From contig JALXCB010000054.1 of NCBI GenBank assembly GCA_026991225.1, forward strand, positions 4,277-68,276: a stretch of 64,000 nucleotides of DNA, read 5' to 3'. This document shows, one piece after another, positions 9,096 to 18,742 of this stretch. The DNA comes from Anaerolineae bacterium (GTDB lineage Bacteria > Chloroflexota > Anaerolineae > J102). The first letter of the stretch is position 1; the number at the start of each line of letters is the position of its first letter. Position numbers and translations under genes: made by a program. The notes under the pieces are model-generated. The model saw only the letters and a program-made list of their open reading frames with translations. It was not told the origin of the DNA and made no database searches.

Positions 9096-10870
9096 CGATT
9101 TCCCAACGCCGGCCGATAATGATTCGTAATGGGCAGACGGCGATCCTTGCCAAAGGCCCGCACGGTGATCTTCACGCCCGGCGCGGCCTGCCGCCGTTTG
9201 TATTCGTTGCGATCCACCATGCGGATGATGCGGGCCACCAGGGCCGGGTCGAATCCCCGGGCCACGATCTCCTCCGGGCCCATATCCTGCTCGATATACA
9301 TTTCCAGGATGGGATCGAGGATATCGTACGGAGGCAGGCTGTCGGTGTCCAGTTGATTGGGGCGCAGTTCGGCGCTGGGGGGCTTGATGATGATATGCTC
9401 GGGAATGAGATCGCGTCCGGCCTGGGCGTTGCGCCAGCGGGCCAGCTCCCACACCAGGGTCTTGGGCACGTCCTTGATCACAGCGAAGCCGCCCGCCATG
9501 TCTCCATACAGCGTGGCGTAGCCCACCGCATTCTCGCTCTTGTTGCCCGTGCTCAGCAGCAGCCAGCCGAATTTGTTGGAAAGGGCCATGAGGATGACGC
9601 CGCGCAGCCGGGCCTGAATGTTCTCCTCGGCCACGTCGAACTCCGTGCCGCGGAAGGGGTAGTCGGGCGGGCCGTTCAGCGTCTCCAGCATGGCCTCGAA
9701 GGGCTTTTCGATGGGGATGGTGAGGAAGCGGATGCCCAGGTTCTCCGCAAGCTGGCGGGCGTCGCTTTTGGAATGCTCGGAGGAGAAACGGGAAGGCATG
9801 CTCACCCCCGTCACATTCTCTGCGCCCAGCGCGTCCACGGCGATGACCGCGGTGAGGGCGCTGTCGATGCCGCCGCTCAGGCCCAGCACCACCTGGCTGA
9901 ATCCGTTTTTGCGTACGTAGTCGCGCGTGCCCAGCGCCAGCGCTTGGTACACTTCGCCTACCGGGTCGGGCGCAGGATGGATGTCCGTTTCCCGTTGCAG
10001 TCGGGCCTTGGGTAATCCCCGACTGATGCGCTCACCCGAGACCGTACGGAATGCTTCTCCCTCCTCCGCCAGCGCCCGCAGGGTCTCCCGGCTCTGGCGA
10101 TAGCGGGGATCGTGCAGGCGACGGCGGAAGACTTCATCCAGATCGATATCCACCACCAACAGGGCTTCCTCGAACATAGGCCCGCGGGCCAGCAGCCGGC
10201 CATCGGGCCCGAACACCAGGCTGCGGCCATCGAACACAAGCTCATCCTGCCCCCCCACCAGATTGCAATAGGCCACGAAGGCCACATTGTCCCCCGCCCG
10301 CGTGCTCATCATGCGCTCGCGCGAGTCGCCCTTGCCGCGGGCGTAGGGCGAGGCCGAGATATTCGCCAGCAGCTCCGCGCCCAACAGCGCCTGCCATTGG
10401 GGCGGCCCGCCCGGATACCAGATATCCTCGCAGATGCTTAGCCCTATGCGGTCGCCATCCAGATCGAACAGCAGGGTCTCCTTCCCCGCGCCGAAATAGC
10501 GGTTTTCGTCGAAGACGCCGTAGTTGGGTAGATAATGTTTGGGGTAGAGGCCCAGCAGGCGGCCATCCTGGATGAACGCGGCCGCGTTGAACAGGTCGTA
10601 GTGGTTGGCGACGGGCAGGCCCAGGGCGACGGTGAGTCCGGCAGTGGCGGGCAGCAGATCGTCCAGGGCCCGCCGCGCAGCCGCTATGAAGTCGGGCTTG
10701 AGCAGCAGGTCTTCCGGGGGGTAGCCGGTGATGGCCAGTTCGGGGAAGAGGACAAAATCCGCCTCTTGGGCGCGGGCTTTGTCCAGCCAGGCGCGGATCT
10801 TGGCCGCGTTGCCTTCGATATCGCCGACGGTGACGTTGATTTGGGCCAGGGCAAGACGTAGTGTTCGCAT
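9047..10870 (-). CDS. nadE: NAD+ synthase (glutamine-hydrolysing)
   Basis: CN-hydrolase domain 'MRTLRLALAQINVT' plus NAD-synthase PP-loop 'SGGIDSALTA'. Track ORF extends to 10924; I place the start at the conserved MRTL (10870). Confidence 0.85.
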   Translation of the reverse strand: MRTLRLALAQINVTVGDIEGNAAKIRAWLDKARAQEADFVLFPELAITGYPPEDLLLKPDFIAAARRALDDLLPATAGLTVALGLPVANHYDLFNAAAFIQDGRLLGLYPKHYLPNYGVFDENRYFGAGKETLLFDLDGDRIGLSICEDIWYPGGPPQWQALLGAELLANISASPYARGKGDSRERMMSTRAGDNVAFVAYCNLVGGQDELVFDGRSLVFGPDGRLLARGPMFEEALLVVDIDLDEVFRRRLHDPRYRQSRETLRALAEEGEAFRTVSGERISRGLPKARLQRETDIHPAPDPVGEVYQALALGTRDYVRKNGFSQVVLGLSGGIDSALTAVIAVDALGAENVTGVSMPSRFSSEHSKSDARQLAENLGIRFLTIPIEKPFEAMLETLNGPPDYPFRGTEFDVAEENIQARLRGVILMALSNKFGWLLLSTGNKSENAVGYATLYGDMAGGFAVIKDVPKTLVWELARWRNAQAGRDLIPEHIIIKPPSAELRPNQLDTDSLPPYDILDPILEMYIEQDMGPEEIVARGFDPALVARIIRMVDRNEYKRRQAAPGVKITVRAFGKDRRLPITNHYRPALGNRVGNQGNQKPGRPETR

Positions 10871-10947
10871 GATGCCATTATAGCTTTTCGGCGGGCGGGC
10901 GTCCAATGAAGTTGACAGGAACATGCGTTCTGTTCTAAAATCAGAAC

Positions 10948-11859
10948 ATGAATTCAGATCGCACCCGCTACGTGGAGATCGACGTCAAGTCCGCGCTGAA
11001 CAAGGTGACCAGCGCCCAATATCCCGACATGCGTTGGTCGCTGAACCCCTACCGCGGCTGCAAGCATGGCTGCGTCTACTGCTACGCCCGCTACACCCAC
11101 ACGTTTTTCGAGCTCGATCCCGACCGGGATTTCTCCTCGGTGGTCTTCGTCAAGCGCAATCTGCCCCAGGTGTTGCGCCAGGAATTACGCAAGCGATCGT
11201 GGCGGCGGGAGCGGGTGTCCATCGGAACGGCCACGGATCCTTATCAGCCCATCGAGGGGCGCTACCGCCTTACCCAGGCGGCGCTGCGCATCCTGCGCGA
11301 CCAGCTCACCCCCGCCAACCTGATCACAAAGAACACCATGTGTCTGCGGGATGCGGAGCTGATGGCGTCATTGCACCGGGCCGCGGGCTTCTCCCTCTGC
11401 ATCTCGCTGATCACCATCGACGAGGCCCTGGCCCGGTCGCTGGAGCCGGATGTGCCCTCGCCCCGCCAGCGACTGCGCGTGGTGCAGGAGCTGGCAAGGT
11501 TGGGCGTGCCCGTAAGCGTGGCCATCGCGCCCGTCATGCCCGGCCTCACGGACAGCGAAGCCCAACTGCGCGATCTCATCCAGGCCATCTACGACCACGG
11601 CGGGCGGCTGGGCTACCACCAAACTTTCAAAATGTACGCGGACACCCGCAAGACCCTGTTCGCCTGGCTGGCGCGGGAGCATCCCCATCTGCTGCTCTGG
11701 TATCAGCGGGTGTATGGCGCAGGGAGCAGTGCGCCGCGGGCGTATGAACGCAAACTCGCGGCCCGCATCGCCCGCATCCACGACGCCATCGCACCCGCCC
11801 AGGTCGATTTTCCTCCCGACCCCGTCGCACCCGTCGGGCAACTGAGCCTGGGATTGTGA
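10948..11859 (+). CDS. radical SAM protein, SplB / DNA-photolyase-like (COG1533)
   Basis: 'CKHGCVYCY' CxxxCxxC motif 40 aa from N-terminus, length about 300 aa. Confidence 0.7.
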   Translation: MNSDRTRYVEIDVKSALNKVTSAQYPDMRWSLNPYRGCKHGCVYCYARYTHTFFELDPDRDFSSVVFVKRNLPQVLRQELRKRSWRRERVSIGTATDPYQPIEGRYRLTQAALRILRDQLTPANLITKNTMCLRDAELMASLHRAAGFSLCISLITIDEALARSLEPDVPSPRQRLRVVQELARLGVPVSVAIAPVMPGLTDSEAQLRDLIQAIYDHGGRLGYHQTFKMYADTRKTLFAWLAREHPHLLLWYQRVYGAGSSAPRAYERKLAARIARIHDAIAPAQVDFPPDPVAPVGQLSLGL

Positions 11860-11879
11860 ATGGCCGTTTTGGAAATCGC

Positions 11880-12015
11880 GTTGCGTTGGTGTGCAAAAAT
11901 GCCTCGAAGTCCACATTGGGCGAGTTTGCAACCGGCGTCAACCGTCAAGCGTCAGGTCATGACGCATTACGTTTGACGTTTGACGAAATCCGCTTCCCGC
12001 GCCCGTGTAGCGGTC
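11880..12015. repeat. REP-like element, short variant (family B)
   Basis: 'gcgttgcgttggtgtgcaaaaa...cattgggcgag...gacgcattacg...ccgcttcccgcgccc', shared with 44570-44730 and 53490-53660. Confidence 0.6.
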
Positions 12016-12041
12016 AACGCGCCCCACATTTACCCAAATCC

Positions 12042-14399
12042 TTACCTCCAGAACGCGATCTGATGCCGGAAGTGGAAGCGCTTGTCCAGCCAGGCGCGAA
12101 TGAATCGACTGCGCATACGCAGCCAGGAGTAGTGGGCCTGGGTCAGGTCATCCTGGCTGAGGGGCTGGGGAGCGTATTTGTCGCGGGCGTAGAGCTGCGC
12201 CAGTTGGGTGACGTCGTCCGAGATCTGCGGCAGGGCGTGGGCGAAGACAGCGGCCTGTTCGAAGGGTGTCAGGCTCGGGCGCTCGGGCACGCCTAACATG
12301 CGCCCCCACCACAGCATTCTGCCCCATAGCTTGTCGATGAACTCCTGCGGCGATTGGCGGATGCGGGGGCGGGTAGGCCGGGCGGGAGCCGTGAGCAGCC
12401 GTCGGATGTAGTAAATGGTCAGGCCGACGCCCAGCAACGCCAGGGCGATGAAGAGAAAACCCAGGTTGGACATGATGCGCTCGGCTGCGCCCTGTTCGAT
12501 GCGCACGCTGGGACCGCCTTGAGGGACTTCTTCATCGATTGGGATATTTTTCTCTTGCTCCTTCTTAATCTGATCCAAAATGCTGCTGCGTCCGCCTGGC
12601 GCGGGAGGAACCACCTGCTCACTCAGGCGCTCGATGACCGGCTCCGACACGGTGGGCTCGAATTGAATCCAGCCGTAGGTGGGGAAATAGACCTCCACCC
12701 AGGTGTGAGCATCCTTCTCCAGCAGCCGGTACCCGCCCGACAGCGGGTCATACTCGCCCGTGGCGTAACCCTGGGCCAGCCGCGTAGGGATGCCGAGATG
12801 CCGGAGCATGACGGCCATGGCCGTGGCGTAGTAATCGCAGTAGCCCTTCTTTTCCTCGAAGAGGAAATAATCCGCGGCGTCCTGGCCCGGCTTCGGGCCC
12901 GGAATCTGATCGCTGTATTCGTAGCTGCGGACGTAAGTTTCGACGGCTTTGGCGATGTCGTAGGGGTTGTCGTAGCCCCGGGCCACTTCTTCAGCCAGAT
13001 CGAACACGCGCTGGGGCACGGTGTCGGGCAGTTGCAGATAGCGGGCGCGGATATCGGGCGGATAGACGGTGCTGTCGCTGCGCAGTTGGGATTCGGTGGC
13101 GAAGCTGAGGGAGCTGGTGATGGTGTAAGCTTCACCCGGCTGGATGATGTCCTTCGAGATGATCATGGCCAATTCCGAGACGCCGATGGCCTCCGCGGCC
13201 AGCGCTTCTTCGGGCAACATGCCCTGGGGGATGACGCGGGCGCTGGCGGGGACGCTCACTTTCACGGGCATGGGCGCGCCCATGAGGATGTTCGTGTATT
13301 GCAGCATGGTCACCGTTTGGGTGATGGTGCGGCGGGCGGAGAACTTAGGCGTGGACATGTCCGCAGTCGTCAGGTTGATGTTCACCGTATTCCGCAATTC
13401 CCAGGCGTTGGATACGTAGGTGTCCAGCACGGTGGCCTGGTAGTAGCGGTTCACCGAAGTCTTCACGTCCATCACGGGCTCATTGCTGAGGTTGCGAGCC
13501 CCTTCCAGGGGATGGCTGGGCGTGAAGACGACGCTGGCCGGGGCGGGACCGCCCGATTCCCCATAATTCAGCGTGTTGAACAGCCGCGTCCACTCCTCTT
13601 TCACCTGATTCCACGGGTCCTGCAGGGGATTGATCATCTGCTGGTCATTTTCCGTCAGCGTGCTGGGCAGCACCCAGGAGACGATGACCACGAACAGAAT
13701 GAAGATCACCCCATCCCGCATCACATCGAAACCGATGTCGAAGGGGAAATAGATGCGCTCTCGATACCATTGCTCTTCCCGCTCGGCCAGGGTGGCCCGC
13801 ACCAGCAGCAGCATGGCCGCGACCAGATAGAGGATGAAATAGGCTTTCAGGTCCACGGGCGCATAGTAGAGATTGACCAGCATGGCCAGGCCTGTGGGCA
13901 GCACCGCCTGCCATTTTCGTTGCTCGCGAAAATACACCCAGACCGCGTTGAAGCTGAGGATCCACAACAGGATGGACAGCAGAAGCACGAACACCAGGGT
14001 GTCTGCGCCCGGCTGACCCGCCAGAACGTCGTTGAACCAGGCGAAGGTGCGCTGGATGACCTGATAGACCTCTTCCCGATGGTTGGCTGCGCCCGTGGCC
14101 AGGCTGGAAAGCCCGAACAGGATGGCGGCTGCGCCTGTGACAATGCTGTAAAGGAGAGCGAAGAGCGGGCTGAAGTCGGTGTTCGAGATCAGCGTGGCGG
14201 CCACCACGGCCATGGCCGTGATGGAGACCAGACGGTCCAGGCCCGGGCTCCATCCCGCCGCATCCAGCGACAGGGCCAGAATGGTCAGCATGAAGCCCAG
14301 GAGCAGGAAATCGATCCAGCGGTGGGAGGAGCCGTTGTATGTGGTGGAGACAGCCTCTTCAGAGGAGGCGGGCGTGGTGGGGGCGTATGTGGCGCTCAT
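12042..14399 (-). CDS. transglutaminase-domain membrane protein (TgpA-like; DUF3488/DUF4129 context)
   Basis: 785 aa. N-terminal multi-TM, then 'GYCDYYATAMAVMLRHLGIPTRLAQGY...DAHTWVEVYF' transglutaminase core (Cys-His-Asp). Confidence 0.8.
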   Translation of the reverse strand: MSATYAPTTPASSEEAVSTTYNGSSHRWIDFLLLGFMLTILALSLDAAGWSPGLDRLVSITAMAVVAATLISNTDFSPLFALLYSIVTGAAAILFGLSSLATGAANHREEVYQVIQRTFAWFNDVLAGQPGADTLVFVLLLSILLWILSFNAVWVYFREQRKWQAVLPTGLAMLVNLYYAPVDLKAYFILYLVAAMLLLVRATLAEREEQWYRERIYFPFDIGFDVMRDGVIFILFVVIVSWVLPSTLTENDQQMINPLQDPWNQVKEEWTRLFNTLNYGESGGPAPASVVFTPSHPLEGARNLSNEPVMDVKTSVNRYYQATVLDTYVSNAWELRNTVNINLTTADMSTPKFSARRTITQTVTMLQYTNILMGAPMPVKVSVPASARVIPQGMLPEEALAAEAIGVSELAMIISKDIIQPGEAYTITSSLSFATESQLRSDSTVYPPDIRARYLQLPDTVPQRVFDLAEEVARGYDNPYDIAKAVETYVRSYEYSDQIPGPKPGQDAADYFLFEEKKGYCDYYATAMAVMLRHLGIPTRLAQGYATGEYDPLSGGYRLLEKDAHTWVEVYFPTYGWIQFEPTVSEPVIERLSEQVVPPAPGGRSSILDQIKKEQEKNIPIDEEVPQGGPSVRIEQGAAERIMSNLGFLFIALALLGVGLTIYYIRRLLTAPARPTRPRIRQSPQEFIDKLWGRMLWWGRMLGVPERPSLTPFEQAAVFAHALPQISDDVTQLAQLYARDKYAPQPLSQDDLTQAHYSWLRMRSRFIRAWLDKRFHFRHQIAFWR

Positions 14400-14540
14400 G
14401 GAGCATAGGGGTTATGGGAGATACGTTGTAAAAGCGACGAACTGCCCGAGAGTGGGGATAATATCGAAGTGCAGCGGTTCGTCTATACGGACGAAAATGC
14501 GTCGCGGCCAGAGCGGCGCGGGAAGTCGATTTCGTAATTG

Positions 14541-14600
14541 TAAAGTCTCAAGACATAGTTGACAGGTACGACTCAAAAAGTCTCACGACATAGTTGACAC
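14541..14600 (+). promoter_or_regulatory. two 25-bp direct repeats with TTGACA cores
   Basis: 'TAAAGTCTCAAGACATAGTTGACAG' and 'AAAAGTCTCACGACATAGTTGACAC', 35 bp apart, in the AT-richer gap upstream of the transglutaminase gene. Confidence 0.35.
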
Positions 14601-14717
14601 TTCTGCTAACCTTCAGGCAAACACCATTCTCTGGAGATTAGCATGAAAGAAAAACATGCTCTTTGCCAATCGAATCAAGAGGAAACCGAAGCGTTACGGC
14701 ATCGCGCCATCGACTTT

Positions 14718-14759
14718 GTGTCCTTTGTGGTTTGTTAACCGGGGTACGTTAGCAGTTAC
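14718..14759. mobile_element. MITE family A, right-end fragment
   Basis: 'cctttgtggtttgttaaccggggtacgttagcagttac' matches the right arm and TIR of the 30065-30199 and 47527-47678 copies. Confidence 0.6.
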
Positions 14760-14790
14760 GTGTTGAGACGTTACAATTACGCATTACGCG

Positions 14791-15633
14791 TCACGGCGTT
14801 GCTGATTCGCGCAGCGAAGGCTGCGGAAATTCTTTGCTCGTTGCTTGATTCTCGACATAAGCAAAGTGGAATCGCTTCTGATAGCGCCGCAGCAGGCGCA
14901 GAACGGGCGCGCCGAAGATGAGGATGAGCGCGGCATTGCCGATTCCCCGCCACGCGTCCCATACGAAGGAGGTGACGACGTAGAACAACGCGTAGGCCCG
15001 GACGATCTGTAAAGGCCCGTCGCCCGGCTGCCAATACATGGCGGCCTGCTGCGGCTGGAACACAAAAGGCCAGAACCACAGATTCATCACCAGGCCGTAG
15101 AACAGCCCCAGCAGCAGACCTACCCCGGCCAGGATGATCATCTCCCACCGGGTTCCGGGCCGCACGTGGGGGATGAGTCCGGCGATGGCCCCCACCCAGC
15201 CTGCGGCGAACATTTGATAGGGCAGCCAGGGCCCCACGCCGCCGGTGAGAAAGGCAGACGCCAGCAGGGTGACCAACCCGGCCAGGAAGCCGAATTGCGC
15301 GCCGAACGCGTATCCCGCCATGATGGGCAGGAAGAACACGCCCGAGAAGCCGCCCGGCCCGGGGATGAAACGCAGGATCGCGCCCACCGCGGCCAGCGCG
15401 CCCAGCACCGCCAGGGTCTTCGCGTTCATCTCGTTGGACTGCACCCCCGCGGCGATGGCGGCCAGGGCCAGCAGGCTCACCAGCGTGAGCATGAGCATGG
15501 CGTCGCCGCTGTGGGCCATCGCGTTCATCTGGCTTTGCTGGGGCGGCGGGCCAAAGAAGGGCGACAGGAACGCGGCCGCGCCCAGCGCGCTGGCCAGGAT
15601 GAGGATCAGGTTGGCGTAGGAGAGGCGGCGCAT
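14791..15633 (-). CDS. ECF transporter S component
   Basis: Multi-TM protein, Gly/Ala-rich helices typical of ECF S units. Start placed at 'MRRLSYANLILILA' (15633); track ORF extends to 15690 (GTG). Confidence 0.55.
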   Translation of the reverse strand: MRRLSYANLILILASALGAAAFLSPFFGPPPQQSQMNAMAHSGDAMLMLTLVSLLALAAIAAGVQSNEMNAKTLAVLGALAAVGAILRFIPGPGGFSGVFFLPIMAGYAFGAQFGFLAGLVTLLASAFLTGGVGPWLPYQMFAAGWVGAIAGLIPHVRPGTRWEMIILAGVGLLLGLFYGLVMNLWFWPFVFQPQQAAMYWQPGDGPLQIVRAYALFYVVTSFVWDAWRGIGNAALILIFGAPVLRLLRRYQKRFHFAYVENQATSKEFPQPSLRESATP

Positions 15634-15694
15634 GATGTCGAAGACTCGTCCAGTGTCCAACGTCGTTGGCGTGGGCGGTTTGGCGTTCACGGTT

Positions 15695-15835
15695 CATTGT
15701 TGAACCAGTGACGCGAAGCCCACGTTGGGCGGAGTTGCAAGGAACGTAATGCGTCATGCGTATTCCGTAAGGCCGTTACGCATTACGAATTACGCATTAC
15801 GAGTTCGGCCTCCCGCGCTGTTTTGGCCGTAAGTT
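15695..15835. repeat. REP-like palindromic element (family B)
   Basis: '...cacgttgggcggagttgcaaggaacgtaatgcgtcatgcgtattccgtaaggccgttacgcattacgaattacgcattacgagttcggcctcccgcgc'. Confidence 0.75.
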
Positions 15836-15865
15836 TTCGTTCCGTTTCAGCAATCTATCGTGGGT

Positions 15866-17572
15866 TCACCCGCGCATCCGCGCCAAAATCGCGGCCAGGC
15901 GCTCGTTGCCGCCCGCGGGCGGACGCCAGTCCACCCACATGACCTCCGCGCCCTGATCCTTCAGGCTTTCGGCGAAGATCTCCAGGCCCACGTTGATGGC
16001 GCTCAGCGGCCCGCGCAGGCTTTCCAGCGCCACCGGCTGACCTTCGGTCAGCGGGTTCAGGGGCTGGACGCGCTGGCCCGCGTAGGCCACGCCTTCCTGG
16101 TTGCTGGTGAAGACCTTGACGCCCGCGGCCTCCAGCGTTTCGATCTGGGCGGCCATGTCTTGTGGGTCCTCATCCGTGCCCACGACGATGGCCACGAATT
16201 CGAGATGCCGGCCCGCGGCCTCGGCCTGCTGTCGGGCCTCGCCGATGGCCGGAGCCAGTTCGCTGGCCGGATCGGGATGGGAGCCATAGCCCAGCACCAC
16301 GTCCAGAAGGATGAGCGCGGTTTCGGGGTCGGCCGCTTCCTGGTGCAGACGGCGGATGCGCAGGTCGTTGTCCATCATGGGGTGCAGCCGCCCGACCGTG
16401 AACACGTCCTCGCCCAGGTCGACAATCGTGTTGGCCTGGCTTTGCATGGGGTTGGCCAGGTCGGCTACGCCGTCGAGATGGAGGTTGGCGTAGAGGTTGG
16501 GGAGCATGTCGCGCAGGATGAGCAGGGCCTCGTAGGCCAGGGTGCCGCCTGAGAACAGCCCCCGCAGGTATTTCTGGCCCGGCGCGAAGGGACTGGCTTC
16601 CGGGGCGGGCGCTTCCTCGGGCAGGTCGTTCAGCAGGGCGACGGCCATCTCCGCGGCTTCATCCAGGGTGCGGGCGAAGTGCAGGTTGCCGTCCACCGCT
16701 TTATCCGGCTCGAAGCCGATGAAATCGACCACGACCGGTTTACTCGTGGCCCGGGCCGCGCGCAGCAGGTTGCGGGCCACGCGTTCGGCCGGAGGTTTGG
16801 AGATGATGACGATGACCCGGGTGTCGGGGTCGCGACGGAAGACGTCCAGGGCCTGGAGCGCGGTGATGGCCCCGACCTCCTCTTTCAGGTCCCGACCGCC
16901 CGTGCCCAAACCATGCGTCACCCCCGCGCCCAACTGGTGGATGCGGGCGGTGACCTGTTGCAGGCCCGTGCCCGAGGCCGCGACCACGCCGATGGCGCCT
17001 TTGCGCACCTTGTTGGCGAAGCCCAGCCCCACGCCGTCCACGATGGCAGTGCCGCAGTCGGGCCCCATCACCAGCAGGCCCCTGTCCCGGGCCTCCTGCT
17101 TCAGGCTCACCTCATCTTCCAGCGAGACGTTATCGCTGAAGAGGAAGATATGCTTGCCCAATTCCAGGCCCTTGCGCGCGACTCCGGCCGCGTACTGGCC
17201 CGCCACCGACACCAACACCCATTGCGCGTCGGGCAGCATCTCCGCCGCAGACTCGATGCTCTTGGGGCGATAGCCCTCCTGCGCCGCGCTGGATTGGCGC
17301 TGGGTGAGCAGCGCATCCACCTGGGCCAGGGCGTCCTGGGCCGCGGCCTCGCTCTCAGCTTTGACCACGATGATGAGGTCGTCTGCGCCCGCGGCCTGGG
17401 CTTCGGGCGTGAGCAGGTCGCTTTGGATGAGAATGTCTTTGTTGGCGTCCGTGCCCATGACCACGCCCGCATCCAGCACGCCGGGCAGGGCCGCAAGCTC
17501 CCGCTGCAATTGCATCAGCACAACGGAATCGTAATACGCACCGCGTCGGATTTCGGATTGAATAGCACTCAT
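15866..17572 (-). CDS. fdrA: FdrA-family protein (CoA-binding / succinyl-CoA-synthetase-like; AllF-type)
   Basis: 568 aa. 'LVMGPDCGTAIVDGVGLGFAN...GAIGVVAASGTGLQ' FdrA signature. Confidence 0.8.
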   Translation of the reverse strand: MSAIQSEIRRGAYYDSVVLMQLQRELAALPGVLDAGVVMGTDANKDILIQSDLLTPEAQAAGADDLIIVVKAESEAAAQDALAQVDALLTQRQSSAAQEGYRPKSIESAAEMLPDAQWVLVSVAGQYAAGVARKGLELGKHIFLFSDNVSLEDEVSLKQEARDRGLLVMGPDCGTAIVDGVGLGFANKVRKGAIGVVAASGTGLQQVTARIHQLGAGVTHGLGTGGRDLKEEVGAITALQALDVFRRDPDTRVIVIISKPPAERVARNLLRAARATSKPVVVDFIGFEPDKAVDGNLHFARTLDEAAEMAVALLNDLPEEAPAPEASPFAPGQKYLRGLFSGGTLAYEALLILRDMLPNLYANLHLDGVADLANPMQSQANTIVDLGEDVFTVGRLHPMMDNDLRIRRLHQEAADPETALILLDVVLGYGSHPDPASELAPAIGEARQQAEAAGRHLEFVAIVVGTDEDPQDMAAQIETLEAAGVKVFTSNQEGVAYAGQRVQPLNPLTEGQPVALESLRGPLSAINVGLEIFAESLKDQGAEVMWVDWRPPAGGNERLAAILARMRG

Positions 17573-17589
17573 GGCGTCGAACCTCCAGG

Positions 17590-18237
17590 TCAGTCTTCGT
17601 TGCCCGAAAGGAGCAGCGCCATGGCCAGGGCAATGAGGAACGCGAGCAGCGCGCCTCCGATGGCGAAGGCCAAAGGTCGCTTTTCGGGCGGAATGTATTC
17701 GTCGAAGACATCGCGGGCCACGCCCAGGGCCACCTCCATCTCGGAAGGAGGCGCATACTCCACAGCCACGGCCTCCTCACCTTCGGCGGGGGGATGCAGT
17801 TGGGCCTGGGTGAGCCGGTCCAGGCTTTCCAGCCCCTGGCGGACGATGGACTTGGCCGTCGTCTCCACCAGTCGCTGCCCCACGCTGGCGATGCGCCCGC
17901 CCACCTGGGCGGAGCCCGAATAGGTCAGCACGGTCTTGCCGTCCACCTCTTCCAGTATGGCGTCGCCGCCCCCGCGAAGGAAGCCTTGCGCGCCCCGGCC
18001 ATCGACATCCATGTGGAATTTTTCCGGCTCCTGCAGGTCGGAAAGCACGACTTTGCCGTTGAATTTGCCCTGGACGGGCCCGACGCGCACGTCCATGACG
18101 CCGGTGAATTCGGTGTCGCTGACTTTCTCCAGACGTTCGACGCCAGGGAGAATGTTCGCCAGGACCTCGGGGTCCATCAGCGCCTGCCAGATGACTTCGC
18201 GAGGCGCATTGAAGGTGTAGCTGCCATTGAGTTCCAC
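17590..18237 (-). CDS. SRPBCC / CoxG-family protein with C-terminal TM anchor
   Basis: 'MELNGSYTFNAPREVIWQALMDPEVLANILPG' CoxG-like start, hydrophobic C-terminal tail. Confidence 0.75.
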   Translation of the reverse strand: MELNGSYTFNAPREVIWQALMDPEVLANILPGVERLEKVSDTEFTGVMDVRVGPVQGKFNGKVVLSDLQEPEKFHMDVDGRGAQGFLRGGGDAILEEVDGKTVLTYSGSAQVGGRIASVGQRLVETTAKSIVRQGLESLDRLTQAQLHPPAEGEEAVAVEYAPPSEMEVALGVARDVFDEYIPPEKRPLAFAIGGALLAFLIALAMALLLSGNED

Positions 18238-18364
18238 GATATCTCTCCTTTGAGAGGGAATGGGTTGAATTGTTCACAGGTGGACTTTGATTGTACCACT
18301 GCGGGAAAAAGCCCACCAAACCTTCTCCTCTTTTTTGGAGTGATGTGAGTTGTTTTGAAAATCG

Positions 18365-18508
18365 GTAACTGCTAAGGTAGTTGGCCCCAATCGCCCCTTT
18401 TTTGCCACGAAGACACGAAGGAAACGAAGGCGCGAAGTCATTCAAAAAAGATTTTATCCGTGTTTCCTCGTATCCGTGTCGAATGAACAGGGCTACGTTA
18501 GCAGTTAC
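18365..18508. mobile_element. MITE family A, full copy with 8-bp TSD
   Basis: TIRs GTAACTGCTAAGG.../...CGTTAGCAGTTAC with an internal long hairpin (cacgaag.../...cttcgtg). Flanked by direct 'gaaaatcg'. Near-identical to 35647-35791 (144 vs 145 bp, essentially identical). Confidence 0.85.
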
Positions 18509-18519
18509 GAAAATCGGGT

Positions 18520-18600
18520 GGATAAACCAGGAAACCGGTAGACCAGGAAGGGGAGCGACGTGGCCCGGTTTCCCTGGTTTTCTGGTCTACTGGTTTACGG
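18520..18600. repeat. family D repeat
   Basis: 'aaaccaggaaaccggtagaccagg...cccggtttccctggttttctggtctactggtttacgggg'. Confidence 0.65.
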
Positions 18601-18742
18601 GGCTACGCACTCCGCCATTTTCATCCGTATCGGCGCGGGCTTTCGCTCGCAGCGCCTGCTTTGTAAGGAGGATTGCTTGCCTCGGCCATCGCGTTATGTT
18701 AGACTGGGGCCAATCCCCCATGTCGCTCCCCCGAAGGTCATC

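Noticed and set aside
10871-10924. Extended NadE N-terminus 'MFLSTSLDARPPKSYNGI' from the track
   Set aside because: NAD synthetases start at the CN-hydrolase 'M-R/K-x-L-R-[IL]-A-L-A-Q'. The extension is not conserved, so the start is set at 10870.
12354-14408. 684-aa plus-strand ORF
   Set aside because: Antisense shadow of the transglutaminase gene (12042-14399). His/Gly/Asp/Arg-rich low-complexity translation.
14179-14562. 127-aa plus ORF overlapping the transglutaminase start and intergenic region
   Set aside because: The first half is antisense to the transglutaminase N-terminus and the rest is Arg-rich. No SD. Likely spurious.
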